64,000 nt of DNA from an uncultured Pseudobdellovibrionaceae bacterium (GTDB lineage: Bacteria > Bdellovibrionota > Bdellovibrionia > Bdellovibrionales > UBA1609). Shown here one piece after another: positions 13,019 through 20,985 of the stretch. The notes beneath the pieces were generated by a model. That model did not search any database. It had not been told where the DNA came from and saw only the letters and a program-made list of their open reading frames with translations. The translations under genes and the position numbers were made by a program. Position 1 is the first letter of the stretch, and the number at the start of each line of letters is the position of its first letter. The DNA is taken from contig CAWDNU010000004.1 in NCBI GenBank assembly GCA_963803705.1, positions 576,001 to 640,000 of the forward strand, written 5' to 3'.

Positions 13019-13144
13019 ACCTTTGATCCTTTTTGATTTTAAAGTTAGTCTAAGATATACATATAATTTAGAAATTTAAAAAGTACTTATTGAGCAAAGA
13101 ATTCAGTGTTAGATTTTATGCTAGTATTTTAATCAAAACCTAGT

Positions 13145-14101
13145 TTGTACCCTAAATTGGAGGAACTTATTAAAACTTCACTTGTTACCGGCGGTGCCGG
13201 GTTTTTAGGGAGTCATCTGTGCTCGACTTTGCTTGATCAAGGTCAAAAGGTGGTTTGTTTAGATAATTTTTTTACAGGCCGCTTACAAAATATCGAACCA
13301 CTCTTAAGCCACCCAAACTTTGTGCTTATTAAGCATGATATTATCAACCCACTAGTTTTTAAGGATAAAATTGACACCATCTGGAATTTGGCTTGTCCTG
13401 CAAGCCCACCTCATTATCAGAAAGACCCGATATACACGACTAAGATTTCTTTTATGGGGGCATTAAATATGTTAGAATTAGCGCGCGAGAAAAATGCGCT
13501 TTTTTTTCAAGCTTCTACAAGTGAAGTTTATGGCGATCCAGAGCAACATCCACAAACAGAAAACTATCGTGGAGCCGTAAATCCCATCGGAATTCGGGCT
13601 TGCTATGATGAAGGCAAGCGTGTTGCTGAGACACTTGCTTATGACTTTCAAAGACAGCATAACTTAAATGTGCGAGTGGCACGTATATTTAATACTTATG
13701 GCCCTCAGATGGATCCAAAAGATGGTCGTGTTGTTTCTAACTTTATTATGCAGGCTTTAAAAAATGACGATATCACGATTTACGGCGAAGGCACCCAGAC
13801 TAGAAGTTTTTGTTATGTTGACGATTTGATTCAAGGTTTCCATAAACTTGTTGATTCTAAATACACAGAACCGGTAAACCTAGGCAATCCAGATGAATTT
13901 AAAGTCAAAGATTTAGCTGATTTAATAATTTTAAAAACTGAAACAAAATCTAGAATCACCTATCAACCTTTACCTAGCGATGATCCATTACAAAGATGTC
14001 CAAATATCAGCCTTGCCTTAGAAAAACTAGGCTGGATCCCTAGTGTCAAACTTGATCAAGGGTTAGATAAAACAATCGAATACTTTAAAAATTACATCTA
14101 A
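13145..14101 (+). CDS. UDP-glucuronate decarboxylase (UDP-xylose synthase family SDR)
   Basis: [59 protein letters not shown]; real start may be ATT at 13169. Confidence 0.9.
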   Translation: MYPKLEELIKTSLVTGGAGFLGSHLCSTLLDQGQKVVCLDNFFTGRLQNIEPLLSHPNFVLIKHDIINPLVFKDKIDTIWNLACPASPPHYQKDPIYTTKISFMGALNMLELAREKNALFFQASTSEVYGDPEQHPQTENYRGAVNPIGIRACYDEGKRVAETLAYDFQRQHNLNVRVARIFNTYGPQMDPKDGRVVSNFIMQALKNDDITIYGEGTQTRSFCYVDDLIQGFHKLVDSKYTEPVNLGNPDEFKVKDLADLIILKTETKSRITYQPLPSDDPLQRCPNISLALEKLGWIPSVKLDQGLDKTIEYFKNYI

Positions 14102-14107
14102 CAAGTT

Positions 14108-14587
14108 GTGAACAGCGCTTCCAAAAATTACATCACCCGTAAAGGTTTTGAAAACCTTAAAGCTGAGGCCCACCAGCTTTTTTACGTCGAAAGACCTAAA
14201 GTTGTCGAAGTGGTAAGTTGGGCTGCCAGCAATGGTGACCGTAGCGAAAATGCTGATTACCACTACGGTAAAAAACGACTACGTGAAATTGATGGAAGAT
14301 TAAGATCTCTAGCGCTTAAGATGGATAACGCACAGATAGTACACCCTGAACTTATTAAAAGTGATAAAGTCGTTTTTGGGGCTACAATCACACTTGAGCT
14401 TGAAAGCGCTGAATCAAAAACTTATCAAATTGTCGGTGAAGATGAAATCGATACAACGGGAAATAAGATAAGCTGGAAGAGTCCTGTCGCTAAAGCTCTA
14501 ATTGGCAAATCTTTAAATGATGAAGTTTTGATCAAAAAACCTAAACAAAATGAGTGGGTTAGAATTTATAAAATAGCCTATGTTTAG
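14108..14587 (+). CDS. greB: Transcription elongation factor GreB
   Basis: ERPKVVEVVSWAASNGDRSENADYHYGKKRLREID, ISWKSPVAKAL. Confidence 0.93.
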   Translation: MNSASKNYITRKGFENLKAEAHQLFYVERPKVVEVVSWAASNGDRSENADYHYGKKRLREIDGRLRSLALKMDNAQIVHPELIKSDKVVFGATITLELESAESKTYQIVGEDEIDTTGNKISWKSPVAKALIGKSLNDEVLIKKPKQNEWVRIYKIAYV

Positions 14588-14678
14588 TCTAAAACCTTAT
14601 TAATTTTCGCTTTTAGAATTAAACAATTCAGTGATATTAGTAGTGGCATTATCAATTTAGTAGAAAAGGATCATGTAA

Positions 14679-15674
14679 ATGGCAAAAAAACTTGCAATAC
14701 GAAAGCCCCGCGGTAAAGGCTTTACCTACATCTATAAAGCAAGTGGAGAAACCATTAAAGATATTGCTTTAAAAAAATGGATTAAGTCATTGGTAATCCC
14801 ACCCGCTTGGACAAAGGTTAAAATAGATTTAAATAACAAAGCTAAGATACATTCCTGGGGTCGTGATGCTAAAGGTAGAAAGCAATATATTTATAACCAA
14901 GATTTTAGAGCTAAAAAAGAAAAAGAAAAATACGATCACATCATTGAATTTGCAAAAAGGCTTCCCAAAACCAGAAAAAGAATTCAAAAAGATCTTAAGC
15001 GCAAGGGTTTAGATAAAAAAAGAGTGTTAGCGTGCATGGTAAAACTTTTGGACGAAGCCTACTTTAGGGCAGGAAGTGAAAAATACGCTAAAGAAAATAA
15101 GACTTACGGGCTAACTACAATAAGATCTAAGCACCTTAAAGATTTTAAAGACCACCTTGAGTTTCACTACACCGGTAAGTCCGGCAAAAAGCAGATTAGA
15201 AAAGTCGATGACAAAATGATGGTCGATATAATTTTGAAAATAGACAAACTACCAGGTTTCGAGATTTTTAAATACGTTGATGAAAAAGGAAAAGTTGTTG
15301 ATGTTGATAGAAACTGTTTAAATGACTATATCCACGATGTTGTAGGTAAAGGCTTCACAGCTAAAGACTTTAGAACTTGGGCAGGTACATGCCTGGCTGC
15401 AATACTACTTTCTGAATTTGAGATTTCTAAAGACAAAAAATTAATTAGTAAGAATATTGTAAAAGCTGTCGATGGAGTGGCTAAGCACTTAGGAAATACC
15501 AGAGCAGTCGCTAAATCTAGCTACATAGACCCACGGGTGATCAAACATTATAATGCAGGCAGAACCATAAAACCATATTTGAGAGAGGTAAAAAACGAGC
15601 TCACTTCAGAGGTCACAGTCAGGTCTAGCGAAGGCGAGAAAGCTGTTCTCAAGCTTATTGGCCTAAAGATTTAG
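14679..15674 (+). CDS. Bacterial type IB DNA topoisomerase
   Basis: IPPAWT, GRDAKGRKQYIY, FRAGSEKY, TYGLTT, GKSGK, FTAKDFRTW, LGNT, SYIDP with catalytic Tyr. Confidence 0.9.
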   Translation: MAKKLAIRKPRGKGFTYIYKASGETIKDIALKKWIKSLVIPPAWTKVKIDLNNKAKIHSWGRDAKGRKQYIYNQDFRAKKEKEKYDHIIEFAKRLPKTRKRIQKDLKRKGLDKKRVLACMVKLLDEAYFRAGSEKYAKENKTYGLTTIRSKHLKDFKDHLEFHYTGKSGKKQIRKVDDKMMVDIILKIDKLPGFEIFKYVDEKGKVVDVDRNCLNDYIHDVVGKGFTAKDFRTWAGTCLAAILLSEFEISKDKKLISKNIVKAVDGVAKHLGNTRAVAKSSYIDPRVIKHYNAGRTIKPYLREVKNELTSEVTVRSSEGEKAVLKLIGLKI

Positions 15675-15733
15675 GTACTCACCTTTCTCTTCGCGCTCAC
15701 ATCGCAAAAAAATAGCGTTAGCTAACAGCTTAA

Positions 15734-16384
15734 TTACTTGAGTTTTGGAGTCGGCTTTTCAACTTCAGGCTCGTTAATGATATGGTTGTCGGCCATCTCA
15801 ATCTCTGAGCTCCACTCCACTTGATCTTTCTCCTCAACTTGACCAACTTTATCGATCTCCTTATAGGCAATGGTTCCTCGGCGGGGGTAATCTTCAAGAG
15901 CCACAACTTTTAGGCCATCTAACAGGTCATCGAACTGTGGGCGTGCAAAGGGTAAACTGCTCGTGCTACAGAAAAAAAGTTTTCCATCTGAATCTATTAA
16001 AAACAATCCAGGCTCTGAAAAATATTTAGGTTCTTCGTCTTTTATTGAATTGGAAATAAATAAACCCCAATTAACCATCGATTTAGGATCAAAATTAAAA
16101 CCTAAGGTAAGCTCGCCCAAGCGGTTTTCTGATTGCGTCTTTTTAGCCAGTTCTTCTGTATCACCACTCACAGCAATAACATTTGATACGCCTAAGTTTT
16201 TAAAATCATCAAGCCTAGCGGCCAAATCTGTAAGATAGTCTCTACAAATAGGACAGTGATCACCCCGGTAAAAAACTACCATTGTAAATTTATTTGGCTT
16301 CTGTTCTGATAGGCTCCACGTTTTTCCAGCAAGTGTTTTTATCGTAAGCGCTGGCGCTACTGTACTTGGTCTCATCATGTTCAT
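15734..16384 (-). CDS. Peroxiredoxin-like AhpC/TSA family protein
   Basis: FYRGDHCPIC, FSEPGLFLI, PFARP, YPRRG. Confidence 0.8.
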   Translation of the reverse strand: MNMMRPSTVAPALTIKTLAGKTWSLSEQKPNKFTMVVFYRGDHCPICRDYLTDLAARLDDFKNLGVSNVIAVSGDTEELAKKTQSENRLGELTLGFNFDPKSMVNWGLFISNSIKDEEPKYFSEPGLFLIDSDGKLFFCSTSSLPFARPQFDDLLDGLKVVALEDYPRRGTIAYKEIDKVGQVEEKDQVEWSSEIEMADNHIINEPEVEKPTPKLK

Positions 16385-16463
16385 CTCCTAAGGTTTTAAA
16401 GAAAGATATCAAGTGCCTCATTAAGACGATAGCAAAATGATGTGGAGAATTATTAACAAATAC

Positions 16464-17066
16464 CTATAAATAAAATGCAGAAAGCATTTCTCTTAAGGAC
16501 AGAGAGAACAAAACTGTAGACGCAATGTAAAAACCAAACCTGACGTACAATACAGATTTATTTGATTTCAACCATTCGGCTATACATTTGACAACTTGGT
16601 CCAGAACAAGGTTGTAGTAGTCATCTGCCTTTTTTGAATTGATTAAAAGTGCAATCTTAGTCTTCATATCTTCGGCTTTAGCTGACTCAAGTTCGTCAAC
16701 TATCATCTTTTTTAGATGGACCTCAAAATTTTCAAAATAATACAGGACTTTTTTAGCACCACTTATGTGGGTAAAAATTGAATAGCAAAAAAAAGTAATG
16801 GATAAAAGTGCACAAATTGCACTGAAATAAAAGTTTTGTGCAAAGATTAAAACTACGATGGATAGCACGTTTAATAGAATAAGAAAGAAATAAATTTTTG
16901 ATCTTTTCCAGATAAGCTTAAAAAATCGATTAATTTCATCTTCGACAAGCTCTTGGACTCTAAGAATAACTCTTTCTTCAATTTTTGAATCTACAAATTT
17001 TTTTGCCTGGTTCATGCCAAGATTAACTGCTGTTCTAAAATAAGGGCTTAAAATAAATTGTAGCAT
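16464..17066 (-). CDS. Hypothetical membrane protein
   Basis: 200 aa ORF with about three hydrophobic segments; no family recognised. Confidence 0.6.
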   Translation of the reverse strand: MLQFILSPYFRTAVNLGMNQAKKFVDSKIEERVILRVQELVEDEINRFFKLIWKRSKIYFFLILLNVLSIVVLIFAQNFYFSAICALLSITFFCYSIFTHISGAKKVLYYFENFEVHLKKMIVDELESAKAEDMKTKIALLINSKKADDYYNLVLDQVVKCIAEWLKSNKSVLYVRFGFYIASTVLFSLSLREMLSAFYL

Positions 17067-17204
17067 TGGAATAGTTTACTCTAAACTAAGAATAAAAACT
17101 AATCTGAAATGCATCAGTAATAATTGGTGGTGGCGTCGCTATAGACCTTAAGTAGCTGATTTCATAGAGCCTAAAACATCAACCTGTCCTGAGGTTGAAC
17201 CCGG

Positions 17205-17498
17205 CTTAACTTCACAACTCAAGCTGGCTATGAGCAAACAGGCAAAAGGCCCGCTATTGTCATTTCCCTTAAAGCGTACAACTAAAAAACCAAACTTGTT
17301 TTATGCTGTCCGATCACGTCACATACTAAAGGCTACCCTTTTGAAGTTCAGGTTGAAGGTAAAAAAGTTAAAGGATCAATACTCTCTGATCATCTTAGAA
17401 ACTTAGACTGGAAAGCTCGAAAAATTAAATTTATTGAAAAATCTGACAACGCTGTCCTTGATGAGTGCTTAGATAAAATCTCTACACTTATTTTATGA
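17205..17498 (+). pseudogene. mazF: MazF/PemK toxin remnant (no start codon, internal stop)
   Basis: Manual translation LNFTTQAGYEQTGKRPAIVISLKAYN*KTKLVLCCPITSHTKGYPFEVQV...ILSDHLRNLDWKARK...KISTLIL* follows the MazF pattern; TAA at 17283-17285. Confidence 0.85.
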
Positions 17499-17720
17499 AC
17501 CTGTCCTGGCGACTTTTAGGAAGCTTTGTCTAAAGCCGGTTCAAAAAAAAATTTTCGTCCATAGAGATGTTCTTTTTTCAAAAAACCTTGATTAATTTTT
17601 TGAACTTAAAGTTGCTTTGTCTGGAATACTTCCATCAATTCACTGGGGAAGCCCAAACAGAAAAGCAGAGCCTGAAACCCTCTTCTGGTATGAAGAAGAT
17701 TTATAATAACTAGCATTTTG

Positions 17721-17750
17721 CACCCACATTTCACCCACACAACACCCACA
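17721..17750. repeat. Three CACCCACA direct repeats at 11-bp period (integrase arm-site-like)
   Basis: Copies at 17721, 17732 and 17743, about 125 bp from the tRNA 3' end. Confidence 0.6.
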
Positions 17751-17874
17751 TAAAGTGGTTAAACATAACTCTTTATAGTTAGATAAACTTTTTTGAAAGT
17801 CTGTAACTTATTGAATCTATTCGCTTTTAACTTTAGCTATTTATCTTACTTTTTCTAAATACGCCTGCGGAGAA

Positions 17875-17951
17875 TGGTGATGGCGGCAGGATTCGAACCT
17901 GCGACCCACAGCTTAGAAGGCTGTTGCTCTATCCAACTGAGCTACGCCACC
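17875..17951 (-). tRNA. tRNA-Arg (anticodon TCT)
   Basis: Reverse complement GGTGGCGTAGCTCAGTTGGATAGAGC-A-ACAGC-CTTCTAA-GCTGT-GGGTC-GCAGGTTCGAATCCTGC-CGCCATCACCA; cloverleaf with encoded CCA. Confidence 0.97.
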
Positions 17952-18026
17952 AAAAAATGAGAACTTAATAAAGATATGAAGTTCAAGATTCAATTTATAT
18001 TGTAAAAACTTAGTAAATACAAAACT

Positions 18027-19268
18027 TTATGTGTTAGGTGCTTTATTTTTAATCTTTTGTAATTCAGAAATACGTTTTTTCATCTCTTCAACTTGAGGCT
18101 GTTCAAAGGGATCTATTTCTAAAAACTGTCCTAAACAAGCAATAGAAATTTGATGAATCAGAACAAAATCAACTAAAGACTTTAAACTAATCTCTTCTAG
18201 CTCCAAATGAACAAATGGGATTTCAAGCTCTTTAAAGGTCTTTATCAAACTTAGTGATTCGGTGTTGAACAAGTTTAAAAACGACTGTCCTGAAAAGTCC
18301 CATTTGGATTTAAAATGGTCTTGATCTAGCCCTTGGCTAGCAACGCTATCGCCAAGTTCCTTTAAGGTGAGCACGAAATTTACGCTTTTCTGGCTTTGAG
18401 CGATAGCCTGCTGTAGGTAAGAATGCTGGTCACTTGCACCTTTGCAAAGCACAAAGACAGGAAGTGACAAACCTTTAGGTAAGTTTGCTTGCCCTAAGCT
18501 TTCCGACCAAAGTTGCCTTAACCACTTTCCAAAGCCCAACATTTGATCTGAATAGATCCAAAAGTTAAGAGTTCCAATGTGATTTTCAATTAGGTGGTAA
18601 TAAATAGATGAAAGCTCAATGCCCCTAATATTGGAACCTAAAACCGAATCAGCACCCGAATAAAAATTGGTGAAAAAAGACTCTAAATCTTGATCCATAC
18701 CAAACATAACAGGAAGCATCCCTACTGGAGTCAAAACAGAGAATCGCCCCGAAACATCTTCTGGCACCAACAGACACCAGGCTCCGACCTTATCAGACCA
18801 CTTTTTTAGTACTGAGTCTTTATTTGCTGTTAAAACCGCACAATGCTTAGGTACGTCTAATCCATTTTTTTCAAGTTGATCAATAACCCAATTTGCAACT
18901 GCAAGGGTTTCAAAAGTCCCCCCACTTTTCGACATAAATAAAAAGTGCGTTTTCGACAAATCTGTAATGGTGTTCCATCGTCTAGTCAAACCAACAGGAT
19001 CCGGATTTTCTAAAAAAATAACTTTTCTCGGAAAGGTTAAAGCTTTTATAAAAGACTCTGCACCTAGATGGCTACCGCCAATACCGACAACTACTAGCTC
19101 AGAAAAATTGTCTTTCAAGTGACGCGCATATTCACCAGTCACCTGCCATAGAATCTGATTTTGCAAAGCTTTAACAAACGAATGATTAGACTCAATAAAA
19201 TCCTCATATTGCTTTTTTAAAAGCTCGGAGCTATTAAGTGCTAAGTTGTGACTAACTACCTTTACCAC
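18027..19268 (-). CDS. pgi: Glucose-6-phosphate isomerase (divergent)
   Basis: GIGGSHLG, SKSGGTFET, GRFSVLT, QLWSESLG, DQHS, DPFEQPQVEEMK; GTG at 19268 after GAGGT. Confidence 0.85.
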   Translation of the reverse strand: MVKVVSHNLALNSSELLKKQYEDFIESNHSFVKALQNQILWQVTGEYARHLKDNFSELVVVGIGGSHLGAESFIKALTFPRKVIFLENPDPVGLTRRWNTITDLSKTHFLFMSKSGGTFETLAVANWVIDQLEKNGLDVPKHCAVLTANKDSVLKKWSDKVGAWCLLVPEDVSGRFSVLTPVGMLPVMFGMDQDLESFFTNFYSGADSVLGSNIRGIELSSIYYHLIENHIGTLNFWIYSDQMLGFGKWLRQLWSESLGQANLPKGLSLPVFVLCKGASDQHSYLQQAIAQSQKSVNFVLTLKELGDSVASQGLDQDHFKSKWDFSGQSFLNLFNTESLSLIKTFKELEIPFVHLELEEISLKSLVDFVLIHQISIACLGQFLEIDPFEQPQVEEMKKRISELQKIKNKAPNT

Positions 19269-19308
19269 TAAAACCTCTTTAGCTTTAAATATTGAGAACT
19301 TGGAAAAA

Positions 19309-20160
19309 TTACCGATTAGTTCTAGAGAATTCAAACTGGCTAAGCGCCAACAGACCCTCGGGCTGACCAGCATCAAAACGTTCACCTAAAACAACTTCGC
19401 CCAGAAGTTTCTTTGCCGAGGCCATTCTGTCTAGCGCTCTAGTTATGTGTAGCTCTTCGCTTTCCTTTAAATTTTTTATCTGAGCCAACTCTTCTTCAAC
19501 GGAACTCCAAAAGTCAGATTTAAAAAGATATCGCCCCGGCAGCATGTAAGGGCTAGGAGCTTTATCAGCGCTGGGCTTTTCAACTAAGGACTTAAGCTCG
19601 TAAGTTTGTTCATGTAAATTGTCGCCCAGATCTGCTATACCGTAACGAATGACTTCAGCTTTCGGAACTTCAAAAAGACCTACTACACTTTGATCAAATT
19701 TTTGGTAGGTCGAGAGCAATTTTTGGCTTGGGTTACTTGTCGGGCTAATAAATACTTCATCAGGTAATAGGACAAAAAATGGTTCTTCAGCGACTGATTT
19801 TTTACATAGGCCGATTGCTTCTGCCAAACCTTTTGATTCATACTGGATCACAAAGGTAATTTCAGGCCAGGTTTCTAGAAACTTTGTCTTTTGTAATATC
19901 TTAGATTTTGCAGGGTTATCATTAATTTTAGAGTATTTTTCTTTAATATTAAAGAAGTTTTCAAAAAGCGGCTTTTTCCAGGGGCTTACAACTAAACAAA
20001 TCTCTTCGACACCGGCTTCTTTTAGCTCTTCTATAGCGTAATAAATAAGGGGCATATCGAAAACTGGAAAAATTTCTTTAGGAATAGCAGCTGAGACAGG
20101 TAAAAAACGTGTACCTAGACCACCTGCCGGGATAATTGCTTTTCTGACTTTTAAAGACAT
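19309..20160 (-). CDS. galU: UTP--glucose-1-phosphate uridylyltransferase
   Basis: KAIIPAGGLGTRFLP, PKE, GLAEAI, LPDE, LVEKP, GRY, RFDAG. Confidence 0.9.
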   Translation of the reverse strand: MSLKVRKAIIPAGGLGTRFLPVSAAIPKEIFPVFDMPLIYYAIEELKEAGVEEICLVVSPWKKPLFENFFNIKEKYSKINDNPAKSKILQKTKFLETWPEITFVIQYESKGLAEAIGLCKKSVAEEPFFVLLPDEVFISPTSNPSQKLLSTYQKFDQSVVGLFEVPKAEVIRYGIADLGDNLHEQTYELKSLVEKPSADKAPSPYMLPGRYLFKSDFWSSVEEELAQIKNLKESEELHITRALDRMASAKKLLGEVVLGERFDAGQPEGLLALSQFEFSRTNR

Positions 20161-20370
20161 GATTGTTTTATGCCAAATAAATCAATCAAAAACAAACTAT
20201 ACGCTGTGCACATCTTGGTTAACTTAAAATAACGTGTCACACCACATCCGTTTGCATATTGGACTGTGCACTTCTAACCAAGATTTTAAAAAAATTGCTT
20301 TTTATAAAGAAGATTGATTATTTTAAAATTAGAGCTACTTCGAAATACTGAAATAGACTAATATCTGTCT

Positions 20371-20895
20371 ATGTTTATACTAAAACAACTCATTAAATTG
20401 ATTCAATTGCTTCATACCGACGAAGGAACGGCAAGCTTAGCCTTAGGATTTAGCCTTGCTTTATTACCCGCCTTTGCAGGCTTTGCTTCTGTGCTAGGTT
20501 TGCTGACTTTACTACTCGTTATTTTTTTTAGAATCCAGATGGGAGCTTATTTTCTGGGATATTTCTTTTTTTCGTTAGTCTCTTTGTTACTGCTTAGGCC
20601 GATGAATAGCTTAGGATATCAAATTCTTACATCAGCATCTCTAAAACCTATTTGGCTTTCAGCAAGTAAGTGGCCACTTATGCACTGGCTTAATTTTAAT
20701 AACACCCTAGTTGTAGGTGGACAGATCTACGCATTAATTGCTTTGCCTTTCGTTTTTATTTTTCTCAAAAAGATAATACAAAAGTATAAAACCACCGTAG
20801 TGGTAAGATTTAGAAATACGAAGTTCTATAGATTTTTTGAAAGGTCTAGCCTTATTATTAAATACAATAATGTTTTAAAAACTTTAAAAAACTAA
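20371..20895 (+). CDS. TIGR03546/DUF2062-like membrane protein
   Basis: LALGFSLALL...LGYQIL...FNNTLVVG pattern; paired with the downstream TIGR03545-like gene. Confidence 0.7.
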   Translation: MFILKQLIKLIQLLHTDEGTASLALGFSLALLPAFAGFASVLGLLTLLLVIFFRIQMGAYFLGYFFFSLVSLLLLRPMNSLGYQILTSASLKPIWLSASKWPLMHWLNFNNTLVVGGQIYALIALPFVFIFLKKIIQKYKTTVVVRFRNTKFYRFFERSSLIIKYNNVLKTLKN

Positions 20896-20985
20896 GTCAG
20901 TCGGCATTATTTTTAAGGCAAAAAAGAATATGGATTACCAACTTTAATTATTTTTAAGTTTACCACTTACACACAAAGAGCGCCT

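Noticed and set aside
17721..17750. CRISPR-like repeats
   Set aside because: 8-bp units with 3-bp spacers; no array or cas genes in the window.
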